Below, piece after piece: positions 9,455 to 19,945 of a DNA stretch of 64,000 nt; positions within the stretch are counted from its first letter, which is position 1, and every line of letters starts with the position of its first letter. The translations under genes and the position numbers were made by a program. Source of the stretch: Candidatus Heimdallarchaeum endolithica (GTDB taxonomy: Archaea; Asgardarchaeota; Heimdallarchaeia; Heimdallarchaeales; Heimdallarchaeaceae); the NCBI GenBank assembly GCA_021513715.1, contig CP084167.1, positions 3,216,843-3,280,842 on the forward strand. The letters run 5' to 3'. Under the pieces are notes generated by a model. That model made no database searches. It was given only the letters and a program-made list of their open reading frames with translations, and was not told the origin of the DNA.

Positions 9455-10363
9455 GTGATAATTATGGCATCTTTCTTGGGACAAATGATTGTTTCTTTAT
9501 TACCATTACTCGTTTTTCTAGGTCTCTATATCGGTTTTTTTATATGGGGAAGATTTGCAAATAAAAAAATAAAAGAACAAAGATTAGATGATGTATTAAC
9601 AGCTTTGGAACTTTATAATGATAATCATGTAAGAAAAGATCCAAATGATAGGCAAGTAGAATTAAGATTACAGCTGAAGGACGAATTTCAAGTAAAATCT
9701 GCTTCAGCATGGATTATTCTTCTCCCTCGAACAAGTTTCCCTACAATGTTTGTAGATAAACTATTCTTTAAAAACAAAGACTCTTTTGGATTAGCAGCTA
9801 ATTTTCATCATAAACCTAGAGTATTTTTTGAACTAATTCCATATAAGCTTAAGTCTGCAATTAGAAGAGATTTTGATTATTTAATTGAGCTAGATGATAT
9901 TAATACAAAAGATGAGGAAATAAACAATAAATTTCTAATTAAAAGTAATAAACCTCAAGTAATTGGTCAATTTATACGAAGTAAATCTTTTATGAATATT
10001 TTACGCTCATATCCTAATGAAATACAATGGTTGAGCGTTAGAACAGATAGCCCTCATTTTGAGATGAAATTTAATTTTCCGAAGGAAAATATTGACCTAT
10101 TACAACTCATAAAATTCTGTTTTCTTTCTCTAAAATTCTTTGCTAAAGTAACAGAATCAACAAAAAATCAACCTGTTCCTGTTATTATCCCTCCCAAAAA
10201 ACTGACTGAAAAAGAAAAGGCAAAAAAAGAAAAAGAAAGACAAAAGGAGAAAGAAAGGATAATAAAAGAGCAGAAAAAAAAGCGTGAAAAAGAAGAGAAG
10301 GAAATAAAAAAGAAGAAAAATCAAAAAACGCAAGTTACTACTACAAAGAAAAAACGAAAATAA
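9455..10363 (+). CDS. membrane-anchored protein with K/E-rich low-complexity C-tail
   Basis: N-terminal TM helix. C-terminal 'KEKAKKEKERQKEKER...' charged repeat. Immediately downstream of the GTPase. Confidence 0.4.
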   Translation: MIIMASFLGQMIVSLLPLLVFLGLYIGFFIWGRFANKKIKEQRLDDVLTALELYNDNHVRKDPNDRQVELRLQLKDEFQVKSASAWIILLPRTSFPTMFVDKLFFKNKDSFGLAANFHHKPRVFFELIPYKLKSAIRRDFDYLIELDDINTKDEEINNKFLIKSNKPQVIGQFIRSKSFMNILRSYPNEIQWLSVRTDSPHFEMKFNFPKENIDLLQLIKFCFLSLKFFAKVTESTKNQPVPVIIPPKKLTEKEKAKKEKERQKEKERIIKEQKKKREKEEKEIKKKKNQKTQVTTTKKKRK

Positions 10364-10464
10364 AAATGAGTAGTTTTTTTTGTTTTTTTCATTATAGTTT
10401 AAGAATTTTAAAGAATTTAAATTATAGTTTTAACTTTGATAAAAAGTGAAAAAGTAATTGAGTT

Positions 10465-11895
10465 TTATTGTTGAATTGTTATTTCATAAAGAACTATATT
10501 TTCAGGGGTTCTAAATGAGACTGTCACATTACCGTTATTAAACTGTAAATCAGCAAAACCAAAGTGGGTATTGTCAAAAAATAAGGAATTTTCAGTATAA
10601 TAGGTTGGATCAAGATCCAAAAGGCCACCCATTGTTCCAACAATAAAATAATTTACTTCATTTTGATTTATATGTTCCATCTGATGATTATGACCTGAAA
10701 AAACTAAATCAACACCGTATTTAAAGAAAAGATCTTGAAAAGTACTTATCATATCTTGATTATCGTACCAAGGTATTCCATCATATTCTGTACTTGAAGA
10801 GTAATAGTATGCATGATTCATAACAATAATCCAGTCATCAGGGTTAAGACTCTTTAATCTATTCTCGAACCACTCTCGCTGTGCTCTAGTGTATGTTTCT
10901 GTTCCCCATTCTAGATCCAAAGTAAATATATGGATATTAGATCCAAAATCGTATTGGTGCCATAATTGTGAATCGCTTGAGTTATTGGGTGCATTTTGGG
11001 GATAAAAATATTCTTTCCAAAATTCTACTCCTCCAAACCAACCATCATGATTTCCAATTATATTGCGGTAAGGAATTAATGTAGTATATTTAGAGAAAAG
11101 CTCTATTTGTTCTTTATATAAACTGTCATCATTACCCATCTCCACAATGTCTCCTAAACAGAAAAATGCATTATATCCATTGTCTGATGAAGATAGTTGC
11201 TCGAGAATAAGTTTGGTTGCAGTAATATTATTGTCTTCTGCTCCTATATGGGGGTCAGAACTGATTGCAAAACGTAAATTCTCTATTGATGCAGGAAAGT
11301 ATGTAAAATTATATACTTGACCTACTCCATTAATCTGATAGAAATACTGTGTGTTAGGAATTAAGTCAGCTAGAACGAAAACATGAGTTCTTGTTTTTCC
11401 TTGTTCTGTTATTTTGTTAGTCATAATTGGTGTGGGTCCAAAGAGGAGATAATTTGTCGAAGCTTTTTGTGTATAAAATATAACTGCTAAGTTTGGATAA
11501 CCACTTGCTCCAGGTTGATCAATTATCATTAGTTCTGGAGCTTTATCACCTACATGGTGATAGGGTTTAAGATAGACCAAATACGCACTAGGTAAAATGA
11601 TACCTGCTAAAACTAGTATATAAATATATTTTCCTGGTATTTTCTTTGGGATTTTAAGTTTTTTTAGCCTAATAATAAAATCTGAAATAAACCCAAGTGG
11701 GATAATTACTGCAACAAGGCAGATTATAATAAATAGTTTGGCTTGGGAAGGATTCCATTTGAATAGATGCATGTTTCTAGGTAATAAAACAACCCATACT
11801 ACTAGTGCTAGTGTTGAAAACGACAAAATGAAGCTAACTAGAACAAAGTAGCGTTTTAGTGGTTTCCATTCTTGTATTAGTTCTTTAATTTTCAT
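10465..11895 (-). CDS. calcineurin-like metallophosphoesterase (purple-acid-phosphatase-like), membrane anchored
   Basis: N-terminal TM; motifs 'SSDPHIG', 'GDIVEMGND', 'GNHD', 'SGHNHQME'. Confidence 0.7.
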   Translation of the reverse strand: MKIKELIQEWKPLKRYFVLVSFILSFSTLALVVWVVLLPRNMHLFKWNPSQAKLFIIICLVAVIIPLGFISDFIIRLKKLKIPKKIPGKYIYILVLAGIILPSAYLVYLKPYHHVGDKAPELMIIDQPGASGYPNLAVIFYTQKASTNYLLFGPTPIMTNKITEQGKTRTHVFVLADLIPNTQYFYQINGVGQVYNFTYFPASIENLRFAISSDPHIGAEDNNITATKLILEQLSSSDNGYNAFFCLGDIVEMGNDDSLYKEQIELFSKYTTLIPYRNIIGNHDGWFGGVEFWKEYFYPQNAPNNSSDSQLWHQYDFGSNIHIFTLDLEWGTETYTRAQREWFENRLKSLNPDDWIIVMNHAYYYSSSTEYDGIPWYDNQDMISTFQDLFFKYGVDLVFSGHNHQMEHINQNEVNYFIVGTMGGLLDLDPTYYTENSLFFDNTHFGFADLQFNNGNVTVSFRTPENIVLYEITIQQ

Positions 11896-12127
11896 ATAAT
11901 CACTATTAAAGAAATTCTTCCATATCTTTTAAAAAAATTTAGTTACTTTAAAGTAAAATAAAGGAATGGAGGACCTGAACAAAGATTGAAATAATTTCTA
12001 CTTATATTTCATTTTCTGAAGCAATGTTTAAAAAGGTTTATTTTTCAAAATTGTTGAGTTCAATTTCTATAATTTATTTTATTCTCTCTATTACATCTAT
12101 TTCAAATATATTGATTAATTTAAAAAA

Positions 12128-12985
12128 GTGATAGTTGTGAAAATTATCTTAGATAGTTCATGTGATTTACCAGAAGAGTATGTAAAAAAATATGACATAA
12201 AAATAGCTCCTGTTTCAATTATAATGGATGGAAAAACATATCGCGACAGGTTTGAAGTAACTGCTGAAGAGTTTTATGCAGTTTTAAGAGAAAAGAGAGA
12301 AAATCTGCCAACAACTTCAGGAACAAGTCCAATGGAGTTTTATAATTGCATATTAGATTGCACCAAATCTGATAACTCTGTACTAGTAGCTACAATTTCT
12401 TCGAATTTATCAACAACATGGCAATCTGCAAATATTGCAATCAAACGATTCAAAGATAAATCAATTCATTTAATTGATTCTTTGTCTGGTTCTGGAGCTT
12501 TAGGACTTCTAGGTTTAGCTGCTTCAAAATTATGTGAAAAGGGAGAAAAAGATGAAGAAATTATAAGAAAAGTGAATGACATTCAAAAGAAAACTGTTAC
12601 AATGGGTTATGTTGATGACCTTTATAATTTACAAAAAAGTGGCCGTATCTCTCAATTCAAATATTATTTATCCAATCTTTTAAATGCTAAACCAGTAATG
12701 CGAGTAAAAGATGGTTTTATTGTTCCACTCGATAAAGCAAGAGGAAAAATTAAAGCAATTGAGAAACTAATAAGACATTTATTTAAAGCAATAAAATCAA
12801 TAAATGAAACAGATTTGGATTGTATGATTACTCATAGTGACGACCTTGAAACTGCAGAATACATCATGAATAAACTAGACAGTAAACTGAATTTTAATGA
12901 AAAAATAATTAGTTTTCTTACACCTGCTCTAGCTGTGCATTTAGGTATTGGAACGATTGTCGTTTCTGTTGCTCCTTCACCTTGA
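12128..12985 (+). CDS. DegV-family (fatty-acid-binding, FakB-like) protein
   Basis: 'KIILDSSCDLPEEY...' N-terminus, 'TTSGTSP' and 'YVDDLYNLQKSGRIS' DegV hallmarks. Confidence 0.8.
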   Translation: MIVVKIILDSSCDLPEEYVKKYDIKIAPVSIIMDGKTYRDRFEVTAEEFYAVLREKRENLPTTSGTSPMEFYNCILDCTKSDNSVLVATISSNLSTTWQSANIAIKRFKDKSIHLIDSLSGSGALGLLGLAASKLCEKGEKDEEIIRKVNDIQKKTVTMGYVDDLYNLQKSGRISQFKYYLSNLLNAKPVMRVKDGFIVPLDKARGKIKAIEKLIRHLFKAIKSINETDLDCMITHSDDLETAEYIMNKLDSKLNFNEKIISFLTPALAVHLGIGTIVVSVAPSP

Positions 12986-12986
12986 T

Positions 12987-14543
12987 TTAATCTGATAATT
13001 CTTTAGCAACAAAATTTTTTGCTTCTACTATCACTTTATTGATATAGTGTGGAATATCAGAGGCCATTAATCCATCGCCGTATTCCTTTGATGCAAGTTC
13101 TCCAGCCCTACCTGAAATATATGCAGCTAAACAAGCAGAAACAAAACTATCTTCTAAGTTAGCAAAAAGGCTAGCTATTATTCCAGTTAAAACGTCTCCA
13201 GTTCCCCCTACAGTCATTCCAGGATGTCCCGTTGCATTAAGTTTTGTTATTTTGCCATTAGAAATAATGTCTATTTTTCCTTTTAGTAAGATAGTTACTC
13301 CCCATTCACTAGCTAGTTCTTGAACAATTTTTTTTCTTTCTTCTAATTTATCTGGGAGTTCTATTTGAAAAACACGATAAAATTCTCTTTTATGAGGAGT
13401 TATTATTATATGATGATTTTGTAGTAATTTTAACTCTTCAATACCTAAACTTGATAGAGCTCCTGCATCAATAACTAGTTTTCTTCTATCTTTAGATTTT
13501 AAAACTCTTGAAACTAGTAACCTAGTTTTTTTACTTTTTTTAGTACCTGGACCAATAATAAAGGTCGCTTTTCTAAACCTCATATCCTTAACTATTAGTT
13601 TAGCATCTTCTTCATTTAGTTCATCACTGCTTCCTGGAACTGTTATTAAATCTGGAGAAAAAGAACTTATTATCGATCTAACATTTTTAGGAGTGTATAT
13701 GTAAACTAAATCTGCTCCTGTTCTAAAAGCACCTAAAGCAGATAAAACAGGTGCTCCAGTATAATAAATTGATCCTCCAATTACAACAACTATTCCATTG
13801 TCCCCTTTATGACTTTCACTTTCTCTTTCTGGAAGAAACCACTTTAAGTCTCCAATTCCTATATAAGTTTCTGCTTCTGGGGGAATACCTATATCTTTTA
13901 CAATGATTGGAACTGTAGCAAAATCACCAGTCTTTATTTTATTTTTTCCTAAACAAATAATTTTTGCTGGTTCTTTAATGTATACAGAGTTATTTGATTC
14001 TGGATTATATCCTGAAGGAATGTCTATAGCTATTACTTTTCTCTTAAATTTCTTATTAAATGTATCAATTATTGAAAAAATAGGTTCTCTAGGAGTTCCC
14101 TTAATTCCAATTCCTAATAAACCATCTACTATCCAATCTTTATCTGAAATATTTTTGAAGACTGACGGAATATCATTAACATCTTTTATTCTAAACCATC
14201 TATTTTCTTCAAGAATATTTTTCAGTTTTTCATAATTTTTTTGGGAAGATTGAGAATTGAAAGTCTCTTTTTTGCCAACTAGGACTATTTTGCAATCATA
14301 ACCATTATCAGTCAAATATCTCACAGCTACTAAACCATCTCCTCCGTTATTTCCAAAACCACAAAATAAGAAAATCTTAGAAGAAGCATCAATAGAAGGG
14401 ATGTTCATTATTTCCTCAGAAATAGCTTTACCTGCTTGTTCCATAAGTGTCTCAATCGCTATTCCCATTCCAAACGCATTATCTTCATAAGCCCTTGTAT
14501 CTCTAATTGTAAAGAATTTCTTTTCTCGGTACAAATAAATCAA
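12987..14543 (-). CDS. nnr: bifunctional NAD(P)H-hydrate repair enzyme Nnr (YjeF-N epimerase + ADP-dependent dehydratase)
   Basis: 'GFGNNGGDGLV' (YjeF_N) and 'GHPGMTVGGTGDVLTG' (dehydratase) motifs; 518 aa. Confidence 0.85.
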   Translation of the reverse strand: MIYLYREKKFFTIRDTRAYEDNAFGMGIAIETLMEQAGKAISEEIMNIPSIDASSKIFLFCGFGNNGGDGLVAVRYLTDNGYDCKIVLVGKKETFNSQSSQKNYEKLKNILEENRWFRIKDVNDIPSVFKNISDKDWIVDGLLGIGIKGTPREPIFSIIDTFNKKFKRKVIAIDIPSGYNPESNNSVYIKEPAKIICLGKNKIKTGDFATVPIIVKDIGIPPEAETYIGIGDLKWFLPERESESHKGDNGIVVVIGGSIYYTGAPVLSALGAFRTGADLVYIYTPKNVRSIISSFSPDLITVPGSSDELNEEDAKLIVKDMRFRKATFIIGPGTKKSKKTRLLVSRVLKSKDRRKLVIDAGALSSLGIEELKLLQNHHIIITPHKREFYRVFQIELPDKLEERKKIVQELASEWGVTILLKGKIDIISNGKITKLNATGHPGMTVGGTGDVLTGIIASLFANLEDSFVSACLAAYISGRAGELASKEYGDGLMASDIPHYINKVIVEAKNFVAKELSD

Positions 14544-14902
14544 TAATTTTTATGCTAAGCTGTTTAAAAACTTTATTAGAAAAATCAAAAAAACAATTGA
14601 TAATTGAAATAAATAGTTTTTTAAGTTTGATATCATGATAATCATTTTAAGACAATCAAAATTACTTCATCTTCTAACTTGCTAACTATATCTATTGCTT
14701 ATTTTAGTAATAAATTTAAATATGTTAGACTTGCTTTACAAATTCTAAAGACCCTTGTTCTTTAATGATTTAATCAGCTACAAGTTATTTTTTTACTTAA
14801 ATTTGAAATGAGTTGAAAAATTGGAAAGAGAAAAAGAAGAGAGGTTTTTTTAGTGAGAAAAGGATAAAAAAGAGAAGAAAAATAGTAGAAAGAAAAGATA
14901 AA

Positions 14903-15472
14903 TTAAAAACGATCGGAGTATTTCTTCGCTTTATTGTGATTCTCGTTAAGTTCATTGTTTAATTTGTCTAACAATTTTCTAGTCCTATTGGTAATTTTTT
15001 TGTATTCTTTGAATTCTTCATTAAATGAACTTAATGATGATTGAATTAATTGCGTGTCTCCGCCATTTTCATTGAAAAAATTAATTGTTTTGCTGAGATT
15101 CTTAACTACAGTCCTAATTGTTTCAGTCTTAAACTGTTCTTTTTTATTGTGTTTTATTATTTCTTGAGCTGTCTTTACTGGAAAATCAAGTCCATCAATT
15201 TCCATCATAAGAACATGCCCATCTGCATAAATTTCGTCAAGAATTGAAAAAAGCGAACCAAGTGACGATAAATGTTTTGATACACCATTTTTTAATTTGT
15301 TTAAAGAACCTTTTTCTTTTAAGGTTTCGTTAATTTTTTCTATAATGATTGGTCCTAAATTTTCTAATTTGCTTACAGTATCATTCCATTTTTCAAAATA
15401 TGTTTGAAATGATTCAATAATCGAGCCTGTTGCATAGGCTAGAGAATCTGTTCTTCTAATTTTGTTTTTCAT
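14903..15472 (-). CDS. hypothetical protein
   Basis: 189 aa, helical/charged, no recognisable motif. Confidence 0.35.
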   Translation of the reverse strand: MKNKIRRTDSLAYATGSIIESFQTYFEKWNDTVSKLENLGPIIIEKINETLKEKGSLNKLKNGVSKHLSSLGSLFSILDEIYADGHVLMMEIDGLDFPVKTAQEIIKHNKKEQFKTETIRTVVKNLSKTINFFNENGGDTQLIQSSLSSFNEEFKEYKKITNRTRKLLDKLNNELNENHNKAKKYSDRF

Positions 15473-15750
15473 TTTAAACAGCTCCTAAAAATTGTTTGAT
15501 GATGAAAAAATGGTAAAAAATGAATGATATTTCAATCATCAGTATTGTTTACTCTTAATACTAAAAAAAGTTATCTACTTAGGAAAATAGAGAAAATTGA
15601 AGTAAAGTTAGAGATTATTAAAATAGCATATTCAAGTATTTCTACAGCTGAAAGGCTATTTTCAAATTGCTTTCTAGTTTGTTTTATTTGTAGTAGTCAG
15701 ATAAAAAAGAATTTTTAACAAAAAATGTTAATAATCTAATACTTTTTTAA

Positions 15751-16773
15751 GTGACACTCATTTTTTCAACCATGCCTACTTCACTAACCCCTGAAGTAAA
15801 AGGGAAGGTTCTAGATGTTCAAATATATATAGCCCAAAGTGCAGTTTTAGCTCATAATATTCTATTTATTACAGAGCCAAAACCTGGTGCTGCATCACCC
15901 AATCATCCTTTTAAAGATACTAAAGCAGCAGATTTTCTTTCAGGAGCTAGTTGTCTTTTCTATCCTCTTTTTGAACTTTCCAAGAGAGGGATTCTAGTTG
16001 CACAGAACCATTTATGGTATGAAGATGCAGAACTCGGATATTTTTTGAAAAAAGGGGTTGAAGAGTCAAAGAAATGGGTGAAAGGAGAAGGAAACACAAT
16101 TTTAGGTACTTTGCTGATGTTTTCTCCCTTAACTATTGGTGTAGCAAACTTTTATGCTACAGAAGGAATGAAAACAAATATCCCACTAGATTTAGATGTG
16201 GTAACCAAAATAACTGAAAATTTTCTAAAACAATCTAGTAATGTTGATTGTGAAAATCTAACTGATCTTTTAGTAAAATATGTTTCCAAGAACTTACTTA
16301 CATCAGATAAAGAAGAAGATGATTTTACTTCTTTTCTTAATATTTACCAGTATGAAAATAACAACCTATACGAATATACTAAGTTTTATGAAGAACGAGA
16401 TTTGATATTCTTTGAACTAGCAAATAGATATAAAATTACAATCAATCAAGGTTATCCATTCTTCAAGAAAATATATGAACAAACTGAAGATTTTATACAA
16501 TCAACTTCTCAGACTTTTCTCTACCTCCTTTCTCTAAAGACAGATACACATATAGCCAAAAGATTTGGAAATGAAGTAGCGAAGGAAGTAAAAGCTAGAG
16601 CAAAGGAAATAATGAAAAAGGATGGACTATTTACTGAAGAAGGAAAAGAATTAATTTCACAATTAGACACCTATTTACGAAATTCAAAAGATAGAATAAT
16701 TAATCCTGGTTCTATCGCCGATTTAACAGCTACTTCCTTGTTTATAGCTATTTTAGATGGTTACAGACCATAA
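15751..16773 (+). CDS. CitG-like triphosphoribosyl-dephospho-CoA synthase family protein
   Basis: N-terminal 'EPKPGAASPNH' resembles CitG 'SPKPGLVDR'. C-terminal 'NPGSIADLTATSLFIAIL' resembles CitG 'SPGGSADLLILTWFL'. Confidence 0.45.
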   Translation: MTLIFSTMPTSLTPEVKGKVLDVQIYIAQSAVLAHNILFITEPKPGAASPNHPFKDTKAADFLSGASCLFYPLFELSKRGILVAQNHLWYEDAELGYFLKKGVEESKKWVKGEGNTILGTLLMFSPLTIGVANFYATEGMKTNIPLDLDVVTKITENFLKQSSNVDCENLTDLLVKYVSKNLLTSDKEEDDFTSFLNIYQYENNNLYEYTKFYEERDLIFFELANRYKITINQGYPFFKKIYEQTEDFIQSTSQTFLYLLSLKTDTHIAKRFGNEVAKEVKARAKEIMKKDGLFTEEGKELISQLDTYLRNSKDRIINPGSIADLTATSLFIAILDGYRP

Positions 16774-16797
16774 CTTATACCAAAATTTTTTTTTAAC

Positions 16798-17808
16798 TTA
16801 CATAAGAAAGTTAATGATTTTCTTTAATACATCTTCACTTGATTGCTTAGTCTGGATATTTGCAACAATATATCTGTTGACTAGATTTAGAACTATAGAC
16901 GCAGAATTATGAAAGTTTAATAATTGTATAAGTGATTCACTATTGAATAAATATTCAAAACCTTTTGTAGAAGCTTGGAAAAGATCAAGTAATGATTTGC
17001 TTTTATTATCAAATTTTTCAAGATCAGCGCTTGCCGTTTTTGAAAAAACACTAATTTCTACTTCTTCGATATTAAAAGAATCGACAAATTTTTGTTTTAT
17101 TTCTGCTTTTGTCATTATTTTAAATTTCTTTATACTTTCAAAAGCAAAAGCATTTAGTTTTCTCTCTGCTATTATATGAACAAAAGGAAGAATTATTGAG
17201 CTGAAAACATTGCCATTAAAGTTTATATGGTAAGCAATAGATGTAGATAGTTGAAATTGAGATTTAATTATTTTGTCTATACTTTTTCCTAAAACTTGCA
17301 TTATTGTAAAATTATCAACATTGTAATTTGGAGAATCAGCCCTTACAAATAATGCTTTTCCCTCTTTAGAGAATATCCCCCAAGCTAATGGGTCATCTTT
17401 TTTATTTAATAGTTTATTAGCTAATTCTATTCCTGTGTATTGAAGGATGTTTTTGCATTTTTCTTGGAAAGAAGAGAATGTAGAAACATTTCCTCTGAAA
17501 TTTTCGATATCTTCCTTGTGATCTTTGAAAAAGTTTGTGGCAATTAAATTTAGTATCTCTTCAGCATAGTCTCTAGGCATATCTTCCAATACTTGTACTA
17601 CGAATAAAACAGAATTGTATTTCTTTAAAATAAATTGACTTTCTTGTAACATTACCCTAGAGATACTTTCTTTAGTTGTTTCCTCTGCAAATTTCATTAA
17701 AGCAGTAATTAGACCTCCAACTAAAGCTTCATCTTCTTTAGCATATTCTTTGTAATCAAAAACTGGTATTCCTTCATTTGTAATAATTAAGATTCTTTTT
17801 ATTAACAT
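16798..17808 (-). CDS. tandem roadblock/LC7 (longin-like) domain protein
   Basis: N-terminus 'ILIITNEGIPVFDY...ALVGGLITALMKFAEETT...SVLFVVQV' is a classic roadblock/MglB fold signature. A second similar unit lies near 'AWGIFSKEGKALFVRAD'. Confidence 0.6.
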   Translation of the reverse strand: MLIKRILIITNEGIPVFDYKEYAKEDEALVGGLITALMKFAEETTKESISRVMLQESQFILKKYNSVLFVVQVLEDMPRDYAEEILNLIATNFFKDHKEDIENFRGNVSTFSSFQEKCKNILQYTGIELANKLLNKKDDPLAWGIFSKEGKALFVRADSPNYNVDNFTIMQVLGKSIDKIIKSQFQLSTSIAYHINFNGNVFSSIILPFVHIIAERKLNAFAFESIKKFKIMTKAEIKQKFVDSFNIEEVEISVFSKTASADLEKFDNKSKSLLDLFQASTKGFEYLFNSESLIQLLNFHNSASIVLNLVNRYIVANIQTKQSSEDVLKKIINFLM

Positions 17809-17817
17809 CTCTATTCT

Positions 17818-18708
17818 CTAACCTTTTTCAAATTCAATATTTTTTAATGTTTTAACTAGTTCTTCCATTGTTGGAGGAGTACTAAGAATTTGTTGTTTTT
17901 CTATTTCTTTGTAAACATTAATAGTAAAGTCATCTATTGAGTTGATAGGCATTACTTCTCTAAAGAACGCAAAATCATGATGGTAAAGGGTAACAAAATA
18001 GTTTCTAAGTGAAGTATGTTGTAAAGAAATAGAAAAATTACTAGAGCCTATTTTTATTTTGTTTGGTTCTTCAAGGAGGAAGTCTTTTCTTTGACTTGAA
18101 AGCCTTAAAAGGATTGAAATAAAGTTTTTGTTCTCTGGTTTTAGTGTATCATTTGAGCAGAAAACAATGAATCTTCCCCTTCTTTTTTCTGCAAAGACAA
18201 TTATAGGGTTATCATCAATAAAAGCGAGTGGGACATATTTCTTTATACCATTTTCTTTCAAGAAAATAGGGTCATCATTACAAGATATTTCAAAAGCTTT
18301 ATGACTTGAAAGATTATTTCCCACAAGTTTAGTTTGTTTTGATATCTTTGGAATTCCATAATAAACTTTATTTGTTAAAGAAATTCCAAGCTCATCAGTA
18401 AAGGCTTCGAACCACCTTCCTAAATCCTGTAAATATTTTGGAGGAGGAATATTCAAAATAAGAGTTCCACCAACATCAATAAAATCTATAAGTTCTATAA
18501 ATTCCTCTCGTAAAAGACGTGTTGTTGGCCTGTTTATAATCAAAATATGTGTTTTTTCTAAGTTTTTTCTTGTGAGTCCCCCTCTTCTAAATCTCCTACG
18601 AATTAAATTAAATTTAACTAAAGCTACATCTTCATCGATACTTTTGTATAATTCCTTAAGATCCATTTTTTCTTTTAAAGAGAGATCAACAGAACAAAGT
18701 CTTTTCAT
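17818..18708 (-). CDS. hypothetical protein, likely co-transcribed with the roadblock protein
   Basis: 296 aa. Stop lies 10 bp upstream of the roadblock gene start on the same strand. No P-loop. Confidence 0.4.
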   Translation of the reverse strand: MKRLCSVDLSLKEKMDLKELYKSIDEDVALVKFNLIRRRFRRGGLTRKNLEKTHILIINRPTTRLLREEFIELIDFIDVGGTLILNIPPPKYLQDLGRWFEAFTDELGISLTNKVYYGIPKISKQTKLVGNNLSSHKAFEISCNDDPIFLKENGIKKYVPLAFIDDNPIIVFAEKRRGRFIVFCSNDTLKPENKNFISILLRLSSQRKDFLLEEPNKIKIGSSNFSISLQHTSLRNYFVTLYHHDFAFFREVMPINSIDDFTINVYKEIEKQQILSTPPTMEELVKTLKNIEFEKG

Positions 18709-18841
18709 TCACTTCTTAATTATTTTTTATGCTTTAAAATTCTTTTGTGATAGAAAAACTTCAAAGAGATAGTCTGTTTGTTAAATCTGTCAATTATTAA
18801 GTTGATTAAATAAACTTATCAATATCTCTATTTTTGTTATT

Positions 18842-19897
18842 TTGAGAGAGATGAATGAAGAATATGAGATGGTACTAGCTAATGAAGATCTGGTTATGCT
18901 TCTTTTAGGAATTATAGCTTTCATTCTGGCATTTGTAGACTTTTCACAAGCAGCTTTCTCTTTTCCATCACTTGTATTATTTACACTAGGTTGGGGAATA
19001 GAAAGATTTAGAAGGAGACCACTGCCGAAGCAAGTTCTAAAAGCGAAACTGTTCTACCTTGCTCCTGTAAAAGTAATAAGAAATTATGTTTTATATTTGA
19101 TAATACTTCTAAACAGTCTCTATTTGTTCAGGTTTGAAAAATCAAACTTTGAGATAAGAACAGGTTTAATATTTCTTTATTTAGCACTGATAATTGTTTC
19201 AATAGTTGAATTAGCAGGAAATGTGAGAATTCCTGATAATCTTATTATTATTCCAGAAATTGAGACAGAATCTGTAGAAGTTAAAAAGAAAAAAAGATTT
19301 CAAGTTCTATATGGAGCAAAGTTCATTACTTGGATAGTTTTTTCTAGTTTGATTTCAATAGGAATTTCTTCACTTAGCATAATATCAATAGTGAATTCGA
19401 ATAATATAGTTGCAATTGTCCTCTGCTTCTTAATTCTGATACCTGCAGGAGCTACTTATTATTATCATTATTATGATGCATTAGTTAAAGAACATTCATT
19501 GGATGTTGATTATGTATTAAAGGCTACAGATTACTACTTAGAATCAGAATTACCAGATCTTGCTTATGAGTTACTTAATAGCTTTTTAGAAAAAGAACCA
19601 AACAATATAGTTGCTTTAGGAAAACTAGCTCTACTTTACTTAAAGGATGGAAAATACAAAAAGGTGTTGGAGACTACAGGTAAATCTTTAGCATATATTA
19701 AAGAGGAAAAGCTAGAAGTACCAAATACTAAAGCGCGAATGTATGTATTTAGAGCATTGTCTCTAAAAGCTTTAGGCAAATATGAAGAAGCTTACAAATC
19801 AGTGAATAAAGCCTTGACAATTAATCCAGATAATAAAGTAGCAAGAAAACTAAGGCGAGAATTAAGATCAATAGTTAAGAATAAACAAGTAGAGTGA
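18842..19897 (+). CDS. polytopic membrane protein with C-terminal TPR repeats
   Basis: N-terminal two-thirds hydrophobic. C-terminus 'LGKLALLYLKDGKYKKVLE...ALSLKALGKYEEAYKSVNKAL' is TPR-like. Confidence 0.5.
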   Translation: MREMNEEYEMVLANEDLVMLLLGIIAFILAFVDFSQAAFSFPSLVLFTLGWGIERFRRRPLPKQVLKAKLFYLAPVKVIRNYVLYLIILLNSLYLFRFEKSNFEIRTGLIFLYLALIIVSIVELAGNVRIPDNLIIIPEIETESVEVKKKKRFQVLYGAKFITWIVFSSLISIGISSLSIISIVNSNNIVAIVLCFLILIPAGATYYYHYYDALVKEHSLDVDYVLKATDYYLESELPDLAYELLNSFLEKEPNNIVALGKLALLYLKDGKYKKVLETTGKSLAYIKEEKLEVPNTKARMYVFRALSLKALGKYEEAYKSVNKALTINPDNKVARKLRRELRSIVKNKQVE

Positions 19898-19945
19898 ACA
19901 AAAGTAAATTTTTTTTATGCTTTTCCTTTTTTTTAGTAGGGGAAA

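Noticed and set aside
9340-9564. 74-aa ORF bridging GTPase end and next gene
   Set aside because: It overlaps both neighbours in a different frame and has no motif; likely spurious
10200-10360. Purine-rich aaag/agaa low-complexity DNA
   Set aside because: It is the coding sequence for the K/E-rich C-terminal tail of the 9455..10363 protein, not a non-coding repeat
13903-14235. 110-aa plus-strand ORF inside nnr
   Set aside because: Antisense to the strongly supported Nnr coding sequence
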